A stretch of 63,450 nucleotides of DNA, counting the filler, from Polymyxa betae A26-41 (Eukaryota; Protista; Endomyxa: Phytomyxea): NCBI GenBank assembly GCA_003693705.1. It is 7 parts of 7 records of this genome, joined end to end, with 100 filler letters (N's around TTAATTAATTAA, not from the genome) between each part and the next. Parts side by side here need not be neighbours in the genome. Positions count along the whole stretch, not along the records: positions 1 to 7,230 come from RBZT01000432.1; positions 7,331 to 9,797 come from RBZT01000665.1; positions 9,898 to 25,734 come from RBZT01000253.1; 4 more parts are not named here. One strand, written 5' to 3'. The notes below the pieces were generated by a model. It saw nothing but the letters and a program-made list of their open reading frames with translations, had not been told where the DNA came from and did not search any database. A program made the translations under genes and the position numbers. This document shows positions 1 through 12,378 of the stretch, piece by piece (within the stretch, counting starts at the first letter, position 1; each line of letters opens with the position of its first letter).

Positions 1-2772
1 TCCGCGTTTGTGTCTCTCTAACAATAAGTTTATGAGTGAGATGTATGGTAAAACCAATCAGCATGTTGCAAAAAAATTCGCGAAACATTGAGAACGCCAC
101 TTTTGATAACTGCACGTTTGTAAAAGTCTGTGAGTGATTATGATACTTTTACATGGTGACTCTCAATGGATTTCGGAGTCATGATTAAGGTCATGGAAAA
201 TCTTAACGCCTGAAGGGAAGGAATGCATTAGGAGCTGGATTGAATTACTAAGAAAAGTGAGAAATGAAACAGAAGACGACAAGAAATCGATTACTCAGAA
301 GCGAGAGCGGATAAAGTTAGGCCGAACAAAACACAAGTTTAGAGTGACTCCAAAGAACCCGCCTTCAGTATTGATAGCATTCAGCATCCTGTTCGGGATG
401 ATCTTCATTCAGACACTGTCAAACATAACATCAGAACGAAATCTCAGCTTTCTTCAGGATTTGATAATCCCGAGATCAGCATGTGCTCTGACAACCCCCC
501 TTCGTACCGACCCATAGCGAGAGCGATTGTCAGCGTAACGCATTGTCTGTGCAGCAATGCATTGCCACCTAAAGTCGAGACCTTTTAAATCTGTGCAATG
601 GCTGGAAGTTCATATCATATCCAGATCCATTTTCGTCGTTATCCTGGAAAACGTAGCCAAAGGCAGGTTTGCAACTCAGACATAGGCATGGGTCAACGAC
701 GTCGTATAATAAATAAGTCTGAAAAATAATGACAACAAAAACGGAAAGAACAGCATTCAAAACGAAGAAATATGCTCGACAATTACATAGAATAAATTAC
801 GAAGGAAATTGCAGCATGCATCAAAAATTATGCTCCGAATCATGAATCTGCTATTCACCTGAATATCTGAAAGTATCTAACAAAGAACGTACCATCATAT
901 AAGGAAGTTAAGCCAGGTCATAATTTCTTTGCAGCACTTCAATAGCCTTGGAAGCGAAAGACAAGAAGATCGCATACAGCAAAAATGGCAAGTGAAAGAC
1001 AGATCATATATGCAAGGAATGAAGAAGCATCTGCTATGAAGGGTTTAAAAGAAAGAATCTTCCATTGGCTTAATAATACTCACTGAGGCGACTGCATCTG
1101 TACGAAAAGCATCCAGAAAGATATGGGAATATGCGACCGCTCTCCAGTCACCGACATTGCTTTTCGTGCGTCTCCCCTGCCGTTCCCATCCAGGCGACAG
1201 TTGCAGCGAATGACGCCGCGATTTGCCGTCGAGGTTGTATTGCCACATCCTCTGGCCTTGTGCAGGTGTGCTAGTTGGGTCGCCTGGTGACGATGCTGAT
1301 TATCTTGGTCGTCTCTTTTCTCCACATTTTCACGCTTTTCGGGAGCGACTCTGTCCAATTCAAAATTTTGAACCGGTACTTTGTTGTTATTATATACAAT
1401 TTCTATGCCATTACTGTCGCATTCGTTCATGGTTCTGCGTGTTTTGCATTTTTGGCGAAGCTATGACTATATATGTTATTGCTGATTTCGGTCGATCGTC
1501 GCTAATTCGTCTCGCTTTACTTTTGCATACGTTTCTCCTGTTTCAAATGTTTGGTGATTTCATCGTCGTGCTATAGATGTGTTGATCGGGGTGGTTGATG
1601 ACGATGATGAAGAATATTGTCAGGAATCGCTTTGTTTTCTCCAAAATTTTCAAATTCTGGGGGCGGGTCTGCCCAGTTTTGGAATTTTCTTACTTTATTG
1701 CTATGTTTGTTTCTCTTTACCATTTCTCAGCCCTTATTCTCGCATTCGTTCATGGTTCTACGTGATTCCATTTTTTGACGGATACGGTATGACTATTGTT
1801 AGAGCTGGATTCTGTCGATCATCCCTGATTCATCACCCTTTTGACGAAGCTATGACTATATAAGCTATTGATGAATTCGGCAAGAAACCTGATTCTCGTA
1901 ATTTCCAGACTGTAATTAGTCAAACCTTCATTTTCTAGCAGGCAGACAGAGCCAGAATTGCCATGCAAGGCCAGTAATTGAAAGATTATAAATTCCTTGA
2001 TTGCTTGAGCCGGCTCGTGCTGATATCCAGAATCTCATGGTTTTTCATTTTCTGAAACTAAGCGATAGATTACAGTCGGTAAAGATGATCTGTCGTATCA
2101 CTTACACAGCAATCTTATATCGGCTCCAGCTCGTTATAGCTAAGATTTAGATTGCGAACATTAACAAAGGCGTGTACGTACACAGGTATGCGAACCTTTC
2201 CATTCAAGTCAAGATTTCAATGACGGAAGTTGCTCGAGCGCCACTATGAGGATCTGTCAAAAGACGACTATGCTTTACCGCCTACAGTATGCTATCAATT
2301 AAACGATATTGTAAACAGGATAAGTATATCCCATTCTTTCACCGTACGAAATCAAATTTACCCAATATCGTTCAAATTGTTGAGCCATCCCCAAGCAATG
2401 GCTGGACAGCTTCGCTTCCACACTTCCTGTAATGTTCGTACAGGTTCCAAAACATTCCAACGAATAACTGTGCAAAAGTGAATCAATGCGCTTTTAAAAC
2501 AAGGTTCACACACAGGAATACAGTAACGGACGACTGAAGCAAGACATCCCTCTTACTCAGATACGCCGGTAAGATTCGTTCAGCGGTGAAGCAAACTTTG
2601 ATTTGGCACGAAACTGAAGATGGCTTCTGATGCTTGTCTAAAACATTCTAGCGGACAGTTTATCTGCAGTTTTATCTTGAGGCTCATAAACCGAACTTTG
2701 GTAGAGGGGTATAGCATCAAAGTACCCGGATTTCTGCTTCTAATGGTTTCTGGTACAGAAACCGGAGCTCTC

Positions 2773-2847
2773 TGTTTGTGCAGAATGCCATTCTTCCAGA
2801 GCGTAGATCTTGTTTGTGCAGAATGCCATTCTTCCAGAGCGTAGATC
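2773..2847. repeat. Perfect tandem duplication, 37-bp unit at 38-bp period
   Basis: TGTTTGTGCAGAATGCCATTCTTCCAGAGCGTAGATC at 2773-2809 and 2811-2847. Confidence 0.9.
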
Positions 2848-5014
2848 ATGCAGGACGTAAGTCTTGGTTTAATCTCTGATTGTAATAAACCGATTCTTAA
2901 ACTCGACTGTAAGGGCCGGAACTTTACCATTGCAGTTGACTCGGTAGCTCGACGTCAAAGGCACTTGTTATTTGGTACCGATAGAGGGGTCTTTATGAGC
3001 ATCATATGCGCAAAAGATCATGTTGACCCCTCCTATAAGCTGTAAGTTCATAACATCTTGATGGATAAACATGAAGCAAGGCAATCAGGACATAATGGAA
3101 GCTCTGCTACCTCATAAGCCTCTAAATCTCCTACAACTTTTCGAATACCGGCATCATGGCACAGGTTTTCTGGTGGGTCCCAGCAGATAGTCGTCATTAC
3201 TGTCTCCATACCAGGGTCAATAAAATGAAATGCAATAGCAGCGGCGAGATTTTAAGCTTATAGACATCCCAGAGGAATTTAACTGTCTTAAGCAAGCGTC
3301 TCTGAAACTTACTGATAGAATTGAACACGAAGAAGCCCAGAATGAGGGAGGCCGCGCCCCCGAAACTCCTATCGTGTTCATAGTCCTTGGTACTGTTATT
3401 CACTGCTTCGAGGGTCATCTCACCAATCTCATGGTAATTACTATGGATACAGCATCAGATACAGGTCAGATTGCAAAATGCTTACACCATGTTTGTAGCA
3501 TTTAAAAAAAATCGAAATGGACTGATGTGAGGTCCCTTGTGGCCGCCATATGCTCGAAATGTAATGACACATCCCAACTTGAAAAGTCGTTAAAGTTTCC
3601 AAAGTGAAATTGGTTTCGCTATCAAAATAAGGGCCGGAGATCAGCTTTAGACTATTATGGTACTTTGTGATTGCCGCTTGTTCCGTTTTCCTTGTGATGG
3701 GCTCTATCGTTTAGCTGGATGAATCTTTTATGAAGTTAACTCTATCGTCCTTTGATGATGTTTGCCTACCGGACACGAATGATATCTGATGACTCTTATT
3801 GTTAGGTGAACAAAGCTACAGGACTTTTCGATGCCATGCAATCGGTAAATAGAATGCTTTCCTGATAATTTCAGCTCAAGAATGCTATAGGGTTAAAGTT
3901 AGCCATTAGAGTTCATACAATAGAATGAAGAATCTATTTGATTCAAAATGCTTCTCTTTCCTATCGCACGAGGAAGAGTGTTTACCTCTGTGCCCGATCT
4001 TCTCCATCCTCTTATTCCTCCCATCTAAAAGCACGAAAGCAAATGTGTAAGTTCAAAATTTCTGTCTATGGTAATTGACTTTTAGTTATAGATACAACTG
4101 AAATCATCGTCTGTGAAGTTGCCCATTCAGACAAAATCTCTCTTTTAATTCAGGGCCATTCGCTTCAACTGCTAAAACATGCGGCTGCATCTGTAGCTAT
4201 CTTCTATCTCAGGTATTGATGCGTCTGCTACAGCATATCGCTAAGCTTCATGAGGTAATATCAGATAGCTGACATCATTGGTAGTAAAGCTTGATAGGCT
4301 CTGCACATGCTATAGCATATTATACCTCTTCTGTAGCACGCCTCTACATATAGCTCCAGTTTAATTAATGAAAGCTACAGTTCGCCATACCGCGTCATTT
4401 ATACAGCTCAATATTGTGCCCGATATCTTGTCTTCAATGACCAATATCCTCTTCATTCGCATCTGCAATTGGTATTGTCATTCTTCAACATTTGGATTCT
4501 TTAGGTACTACCACTTCGATGGATGTTTTTAGGCATCATCTACACCGTTTTCAAAACTCGGCATAGCTACTGCTTCATTTTCATCAGCATAATATGCCTC
4601 TTCACTTAAAGCATCTTATGCTTAAATGGAAATGGTGGTAGCTGATAACTTTTAAAATCTATTCTTCTAACGTGTTTGTGCCTCCCAGGTACTCCCTACT
4701 TCTCATAAATATACATTCGCAGGACTAGTGTGCGTAGACCGCTCCGCAGAGCGGTCCTTCTTGGGGCGTGTGCTAAGCTGTTCCTAGTGCGCAGCTTTGT
4801 ATTTGGGTGGTGCTGTTGGTTTCACATTGAAGGCGTTTGGCGTTATTGTAAAGTCGAAAGACCCGCTTCTCAATGACAAATTCAAGTCGAAACCTCCCAC
4901 GGACCCCGTCCCCTGTACCGGTCATACCGCCTCAGGACCGCTTTTTGAGGCTATATAAATTGTGAACACGACAGATTCGATTTCTATCGATGACAAATCC
5001 GATTCCGGAATGGG

Positions 5015-5700
5015 TGGGGGCTCTGCCCCCACGCCCCTGGCGCTCGCCGCGCGGGCAGCCTCCTTCGTCGGCTGGACAGTCGTCATAACGTCTCTTCAAA
5101 AAAACAAAAACAAATCCAAATCCCTAATAAAGGCCCCTAAAAAGACACCCTAAAAAAGGCCCCTAAAAAGCTCCCTAAAAACACCCCTAAAAAGACCCCT
5201 AACAAAACCCCTAAATATCGGAGCGAAGCCAGTCACGATCGCAAGCGGAACCGCAAAACCCCCGGTCTCAGGTTAGCGGCGGTTCGCCAACGCGGGTTTT
5301 GCGTTTCCGCGATGCGATGTGACCACAGTTTGTGGGCCTCCTACCTCGCTCGATTACCGACCCGCTGACCCCGGCGCTCGCCGCGCGGGCCGCCTGCGGA
5401 GGGCTTGTCGGCAAATTCACAGTGTGGGGGCTCCGCCCCCCACGCCCCCGGCGCTCGCCGCGAGGGCAGCCTCCTTCGTCGGCTGGACATTCGTCATAAC
5501 GTCTCTTAAAAAACACAAAAACAATTTTAAATCCCTAATAAAGACCCCTAAAAAAACACCCTAAAAAAAGACCCCTAAAGAAGCCCCTAAATGACGGAGC
5601 GAAGCCAGTAACGATCGCATGCGGAACCGCAAAACCCGCATTGGCGAACGGTTAGCGGCGTTCGCGGGCCTCATACCTCGTTCGATCACCGACCCGCTGA
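5015..5700. repeat. Diverged tandem duplication (~410-bp period) containing CCCTAAAA telomere-like clusters and GC palindromes
   Basis: GGGGCTCYGCCCCCACGCCCC...GCAGCCTCCTTCGTCGGCTGGACA...(CCCTAAAA)n...GGAGCGAAGCCAGT.ACGATCGCA.GCGGAACCGCAAAACCC occurs at ~5015-5260 and ~5425-5640. Confidence 0.85.
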
Positions 5701-5760
5701 CGCGGGTACCCCGGTGATGGGCTCACAGTTGTCACCCCCAGCGAATCCACTGTCCACTCC

Positions 5761-5922
5761 TAAATCCCGTTGAAATTTGGCGAATTTTCAGATTTCAGTG
5801 TAACGTAAAGTCCGCGGGCCTGTATGTACCAGGTTGGCCCCATCGAAACAACAGACCACGCGTAAATCCCGAATAAATTTGGCGAAATTTTACTTTTCAG
5901 CGTAACGCAATGTCCGCGGTCC
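5761..5922. repeat. Two diverged ~60-bp direct repeats, ~102-bp period
   Basis: TAAATCCCG....AAATTTGGCGAA.TTTT....TTTCAG.GTAACG.AA.GTCCGCGG at ~5761 and ~5863. Confidence 0.7.
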
Positions 5923-6095
5923 ACTACATACCATGTGGTCAGAAACCGCTCGCAAAAAACGGGACTTTTTCAGTGTTTTTTTCAGCGAAATACGTGATTG
6001 AAATCGTTCGCTATCAAATTGGCAGGTCGTGGGCTGGCACAGTCGACGGAAACCCTAATTTGCAGTATTCGTTTTTCGTACTGGCCCAACTCCGT

Positions 6096-7230
6096 GCGTC
6101 TAGCTAAATCCAGCGAAGCGCCGAGCGCACAAATTCCAAAACTGTAAAAATAAAAACTGCGCTCTGCGAGTGAGACTTACTGTATGGGTTACGTCTTCTC
6201 TTAGATTTCTTACAGCTAACAAAAGAATCCCTTCTCTAGCGACTGCTGCTCCTTGCTTTCGTCGTTCGCTCTCTCCACGCTTGTTTTCTTCATATCCGTC
6301 TGTCATGTCGTTGGACAACGACTTGTCCGATTGAGTCGTGGGGCAAGACTTTTGCCAAACGGTTTAACCTCGATCGGCATCTTGAAACGGTTCATTCAGT
6401 GTCGCAAGAGAAATTCATCTGCACCCTGTGCAGCAAAGCTATGAAGAATAAGGTTTCGTTAAATAGGCATCGTTCTCGATGTCTTGCTACTGATGCAAGA
6501 TTGCAAGTGGCGAAATTCAGTTGCCCATTTTGCGAAGAAATGATCTCAACATTCATTTTGCTGCAAAGCCACATTCTCCAGGTTCGAATCAACGACAGTG
6601 ACAACAGTTTAATCACGGCAATGTAATCATTTTCATACAGGAACATCCTGAATCTCCTATTGAAGAAGAGTGCCATCATTTTCCTGATCATGATTCCTTC
6701 AAAGAGTGGAAGGACTCTTTGCTTGATCGCTTCAACGCGCAATATGCCTCGTTGAATTCCAGATTCGTCAAAGAAACAGAGAAATTCTACCAGACGTTCG
6801 TCTGCAGGCGATCATGTGAGATTTCTTCTGAACAAAAACAGTACACTCTCGGAGATAAATCCAATAATAACGCACGACCTTCTCGAAGCAAAGCATCATG
6901 TAAATTAGAGCAAGCTTGCTCTTCTCGCATATTCGCCATTACGCTCCCGGAGGGCCAAGTGTCTGCTCGTTACATTCAGATGCATACAGGTCATGATCCG
7001 ACAAACGCTGAAGAGCTCCAGCATCTTCGCCTGTCGGCCTTTATTCGGCGAAAGATAACCATGCAGCTCTTGAACAAGGTCGAGGAACGATCGATTGTCC
7101 GCTCAATCAATCGTTCTTTAAGAAGCAGGGACGACCGAGATGATAATTTATTGGTAATGGGTTTGAATCTCTCCGCTAAATTTGATTTTCAAGCAGCAGT
7201 CTAACCGTAACGACTGGATCACGATCAAAG
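6096..7230 (+). mobile_element. Mutator/MULE-like transposon 5' part (copy 1): C2H2 zinc fingers plus WRKY/GCM1-like domain, truncated by contig end
   Basis: TCPIESWGKTFAKRFNLDRHLETVH, CTLC..H, CPFC..H; short intron ~6582-6640; then YQTFVCRRS...SCK...ACSSRI...HTGHD. Homologous to the copy at 25835-27647, which carries the MULE catalytic motif. Confidence 0.75.
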
Positions 7231-7330
7231 NNNNNNNNNNNNNNNNNNNNNNNNNNNNNNNNNNNNNNNNNNNNTTAATTAATTAANNNNNNNNNNNNNN
7301 NNNNNNNNNNNNNNNNNNNNNNNNNNNNNN
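7231..7330. other. Artificial contig linker
   Basis: 100 nt: N-run, TTAATTAATTAA (stops in all six frames), N-run. Confidence 0.95.
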
Positions 7331-7864
7331 AGCCAGCGTAGCAAAAAGGAGTCAGTGCAAGAAAACCGCGATGTACGTCGGTCGAGATCAAATCGCTATC
7401 GTAAGGCAGTGAAGCCCAACTTTTCCCGTGGTGATTTTGTTTTGGTCTCCAATGTGCTGAATCGGAAAAGGTCTAAAATATCGGTTCGATGGTCTGGGCC
7501 TCACAGAATTGTTGAGGTGTTATCTGATTATATATTCACTGTTGAGAATCTCATTACTCAGATTCGCACGGAAGTGCACGCTTCGCGTCTACGATTTTAT
7601 TGTGATTCATCCTTAGAGGTTACCGAGGAATTGTTCGAGGAAGTTGCCTTCGATGGTGATGGTTACGAATTGGAGGCGCTTCTGGGCAGTCGTTTAAATC
7701 AATCTTCGCAAACGTGGGAAGTTTTGGTTGCTTGGAAAGGATTTGAGCAATCCGATCGTACTTGGGAACCTTTACTACAAATCTATTCTGATGCCCCGGT
7801 ATTCGTCAAGCGCTGTTTATCCAAACTACCTAATGCTTCTTCGCTCTTAGCTGCTCTTTCATAA
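7331..7864 (+). mobile_element. Ty3/Gypsy (chromovirus-like) pol 3' end: integrase C-terminus plus chromodomain
   Basis: F..GDFVLV...KISVRWSGPHRIV...VHASRLRFY (GPF/Y module); YELEALLGSR...VLVAWKGFEQSDRTWEPL (chromodomain). Confidence 0.9.
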
Positions 7865-7892
7865 CCTGTAGCTCTTTATGTTGAGAGGGCGG

Positions 7893-8148
7893 TGTAACGT
7901 CCATTGACGTTATTTTATAATTTTTCTTTAGATTTTATCTTTTGTTTTGTTATCAGCACGACCTACGTCGTCGTTGGACATAGCACACTTACGCGCTTTT
8001 TGCGCATTACCTTAACTAACATATCTTAACTAACAGCTAACATATATACATACACACACACTATTTTGATCCTTTAGATCGTGTGTCGACGTTGGTAGAG
8101 GGATCTGAGATCTCATCCCTGAGCTGTAGAGCTCTCTAAATTACCACA
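7893..8148 (+). repeat. Probable 3' LTR of the chromovirus element
   Basis: Purine tract GAGAGGGCGG (7883-7892) directly followed by TGTAAC. The end near TTACCA(CA) is approximate. Confidence 0.55.
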
Positions 8149-8225
8149 ACATGGAATAACGCAAATGCCTCTGTTTGCCAGCGGTATTGGGGTTCCTCTG
8201 CGTGATTTGAATTTTTATATAAACA

Positions 8226-9659
8226 ATGTCGATTCCGCCAGCAAGCTTCCAATCAGCTCTTGAGGCTTACCTTGACCGATTAGAAATGTTCTCACAGGAT
8301 AGGTTCTCATATCTTCCTACCATCCTTGCCTCGAGCTCGGATTCCAGTAGTGACGACGAAATTGTGGGATCGAAAAGGCGGCCAAGTAAACAGCGGAGCC
8401 CCAATAAGGAGCGTCGTCGGTTGGTTTACGACAAGCTTCTGAAAGAAGATTATTGGACAGTTAATCCGGTATTCGGTCCCTCGGATTTTAAAGATCTTTA
8501 CCGGCTGCCCCTGGAACTTTTCAACAAGATCTTGGAGGATGTTGTCAAGGATGACGATACTTTCGTCAAAAACGAGACTGCACCAATCGATTGGGATTTT
8601 CCCCACATCAGAAGATCTGCAGTAGCGTGCGAATTCTATCAAGCGGAAACTCAGCCATCGAGGTTCAAGATAGATTTCGTATGGCTGAGACAACGGCCTT
8701 GGAGAGTCTGAAGCGATTCTATATTTCGCTTAATCGATTATATAGCGATTCAGCTCTTCGGTCCCCAAACAAAGCCGACATGGATCGAATTCTGGACGAG
8801 AACATGCGACGAGGATTCCCTGGTTGCCTCGGAAGCATAGATTGTATGCACTGGAGATGGAAGAATTGCCCAACAGCCTGGCATGGGCAGTTTACCTCTG
8901 GAAAAGAAGGTGCTCCGACAATTATCTTGGAAGCCATCGCTGATAAGAGCTGTCGGTTTTGGCATTTCTTTTTTGGCACTCCTGGTTCTCTTAATGACAT
9001 CAATGTCTTGGACAGGTAGAATGAAAAATGCTCAGTGTTATTTTAAACCGTTTGCTTAGGTCGCATCTCTACCACGACATTATTAATGACAAAGCGCCAA
9101 CAGTGAACTTTTCAGTGAATGGGGAGCAGTTTAATTATGCCCACTGGCTGGCCGATGGGATCTATCCAGACCATGCCTGTCTGGTGAAGACGGTTCGCAA
9201 TCCTGCAACAAGAAAGACAAAAAAGTTTGCCAAAAAAACAGGAGGAAGTTCGTAAAGACATCGAGAGGGCCTTTGGCATCCTACAGCGACGATTTCATGT
9301 ACTGACAAAGCCTTGTGAGCTCTGGGACCGGCATGCGATGGCGTTAGTCATTCGAACTTGTGTTATTTTGAATAACCTCATCCTCGATTACGAGAAGGTA
9401 AACGTCCGTATTTAAAGCATTTCAAGCTGACAATTTCCAGGAGAATGACCTTGATTCCAATTATGTTGAGAATAATGACGAATATTCACCAGAGCACCCG
9501 TTCGTCGTGGTTGAGAATCGGAGTGAAATGCCGGCTACATTGGCATCTCAAAGTTCAAGACTTAGAGGGCTTCAAAGCAAAAGCGATTCCAAGCGGCTTC
9601 AGCTGGCATTGATAGAGCATGTCTGGAATCGGTTCGGGGACGACGATGAAGAACAGTAA
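8226..9659 (+). pseudogene. PIF/Harbinger (Plant_tran-type) DDE transposase, frameshifted, with two short introns
   Basis: GFSPHQK, GFPGCLGSIDCMHWRWKNCPTAWHGQF, FFGTPGSLNDINVLD, LADGIYP, QE.VRKDIERAFGILQRRF, LIEHVW. Frameshifts near 8565 and 9230; introns ~9016-9059 and ~9398-9440. Confidence 0.9.
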
Positions 9660-9797
9660 CTCACGATACATTAAGACTTCATAGTAAGGCCATTTATTTC
9701 AACCCTATGTAATGTTTGTCAGCGCTCGATGGCTGGAGTTAGAGTCTCTTCGCAAAGGACCGATTGGATCAGCTTAGAATCCAAAACGTGCTGCCCT

Positions 9798-9897
9798 NNN
9801 NNNNNNNNNNNNNNNNNNNNNNNNNNNNNNNNNNNNNNNNNTTAATTAATTAANNNNNNNNNNNNNNNNNNNNNNNNNNNNNNNNNNNNNNNNNNNN
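9798..9897. other. Artificial contig linker
   Basis: N-run, TTAATTAATTAA, N-run. Confidence 0.95.
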
Positions 9898-11134
9898 CAA
9901 ACTCGACTCCGTCTAGCATGTTCAATCGGGAAGCTAGCAGCAAAGTATTGAACTCAGTTTTATAAGGTTGGGGACAGACTTCATTGTTGAATGAAACGGA
10001 TACAGAATCACCTGTGTCGATCACTAAAGTTTAAAGCGAAGACGCCGCAATGACGACGACTTAATGCCACGACCTGGACAGTAGTGGCCCATTCTTTACA
10101 GAACCTTTCCTCGGAATCCGGACTTCCAGGCGGCATTCCTACAGAAATCCATCATACTGGCACAGTCGATGCTGTCTGTATTTGCCAGAGCCCGCGCAGA
10201 TTGGAATCTTGCAGAGCAAGTTTTTCAAGGTTCGTCCCGATCTCATATTGGTACATCCTCTGCCGGGGCCAGTACGACATACTGGTTGGATTCACAGAGG
10301 GTTGCTCGTATTTGTTTTCATGAAGCAAAGCGTTATTGAGCTCACAGATCGATTTATTGAACCTGTTACGGAATGACTGGTTTATTGATACCTGGAGACT
10401 GTCGTATTTATAAAGATGACTTATTGGATTCAGAACTTGTTTTTAATTATGTAATAAAAGCACACCTGGAACTGGACAGTTGCTCGCTGATTCAAATACA
10501 AATCAACCGAATTCCATCAGGATGAAAGTTACTGAAAATGAGATCGGAATCCAGGCGGAAATCGACAATGAACAACCCAACTGTTTTTCCATTGTCGCCG
10601 TACTCGATCATTGATTTAATACAAATATCAAATGTACTGATGATTATTATGGCCCCATTACTCTATGTGACATTGTTCCATACATTTCCGTCCTGCCTTC
10701 TGCACGTCCTTTTCATTCATATTCAGATACTTGTTCTAATATAACACTCATTATAATATCTCAATACCTTCAATATGTCCACTCGCCTAAATACAATTTT
10801 CTATGAATGATTTTGTCAACTTTCAAAAGGAATCAGAATGATTGATCTATGTGTCAGCGGTCCATCACCTGAATCCAATTATCCAGAGATATTCAGATGT
10901 GATCAGACCCAGCGCCATTAGATGAAACGTTTCAATGCGTGCATTCGTTTCTTCACGTTACCGATGAAGACCAAATACGACCTTCCAAAACTCGAGGAAT
11001 TCGTTGGCCGTTTGTAACCGAAGCCGTCCGGCCCCAACAACCGAAATCGTTGAATTGCGTCGTGGGTCGGCCGTACCGGCCCCCGGGCCGCCTCCTCCAC
11101 CCATTCCCCCCCATAATGCGATCATCACATAATA

Positions 11135-12378
11135 ATGGATGATAATGGTGATGGAGGCCATCTGTCCAGCAGTCCGCCAAACTTAATCTTACAGGTCGAA
11201 GGGCAGCGATATCCCGTTCACAGTCAGGTCCTGGGCCAGTACTGCCGTCGCATACGTGACGCTATGACGCAGCCGCATTTATTGCCGATCAACGCCCGTA
11301 CGGGCTTACCGCAGATTGAATGGGCCTGGCCTCGTGGTATCCACATCCCTCTATCATTCGGGACAGATCCGCGACGGTATAATATCCCCGTGGCGGACGC
11401 CGCCGATACCGTCCTGCGTCTCTGTTACCAGCAGGCGCGGGCCAGCACCGCCGCTTTCCCGCAACCGCTGCAGTCGGCCGTAGAGGCCCAGATCCGCGGC
11501 GATCCGTTCATGGCCGCCGTCCTGGCCGTACTGGCCCAGCACCTGGGCTGGGACGAGCTGCACGGCGTCCTGGACGGCATGCTGGCCCAGTGCGCACCGC
11601 GCGGCGTCGAATTGGTGCGGTTCGCGCGGCGCCTGAACCTGCGGGCCACGTTCCAGGTCGGGGTCCGCCTCGGGGTCGTACTGGACCCGTACCAGCTGGA
11701 GAAGGTGGCGGGCGTGACGCTGTCCGAGATCACGGACGCGCTGCTGACCTGGGCGCGACCCGATGCTCGATTTATTCATCTGATCCGATGTGCGGCCCAA
11801 CTTGATCTTAAACCCGATCAGATCATTCACAATGTACAGTACGACCCCCGCAGCGAATCTCTCACATTTTCCATCTGCGTTGATTCCGAAATCGTTTTCG
11901 CACTATTTGACGTGCTGTGAATTGTTGCGAAGTTTTACTGTTTAATGGCCTCAATTAGCTCTCAAATCGTTTTCTCTTTTTACAGAGTCTGTATTTACAG
12001 TTATTAATTTACGTTCAGGTAGGTGCAGATCCCACGTTCGTTATCACGATCGATGGCAACGAACGCCTGCGTCATTTTCTGCAATGGATTCGCAAGATGG
12101 ACATCTGGACTGACGATTTCTTTCGTGGATGGTTCTCACGTTATGGTTATGCAATTGTTGATCGTATCAAGATCCGACCTAAGACCTATCTGGACCGATA
12201 CGACACACCTCGTCTAGTTAATGAATTACAGAAACTTATTCGAGAGGTGATCAAGAACGAGCTGGTTTGTGTCCCGAATATGGACCCGAAATTCTCACAT
12301 TGGAACTTTGAGCAACCAGAACCACGTCCCAAATATAATTATCCATCATGGGGCTCAGGTCCATCTTATATCATCTGA
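11135..12378 (+). CDS. BTB/POZ-like domain protein, probably two exons (intron ~11835-12018)
   Basis: N-terminal NLILQVEGQRYPVHSQVL...RIRDAM matches the BTB start pattern. Exon 1 is GC-rich and coding-like. An AT-rich intron ends in TTCAG, and an open downstream frame ends ...GSGPSYII*. Confidence 0.6.

Larger units (their letters stand above)
4725..6090 (-). mobile_element. Non-autonomous Helitron-like element; 3' terminus at 4725, 5' end not located
   Basis: Minus strand reads hairpin GACCGCTC-TGCG-GAGCGGTC (4737-4756), 8 nt, then CTAG|T. This is the canonical Helitron 3' end. The interior is non-coding, GC-rich and repetitive. The right boundary is assumed from the start of the MULE. Confidence 0.6.

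Noticed and set aside
4962-5564. Short paralogous ORFs ending ...LIK.PKKTP
   Set aside because: By-products of the tandem duplication and CCCTAAAA repeats.
5120-5592. True telomere or chromosome end
   Set aside because: The repeats are interrupted, internal and part of a duplicated unit.
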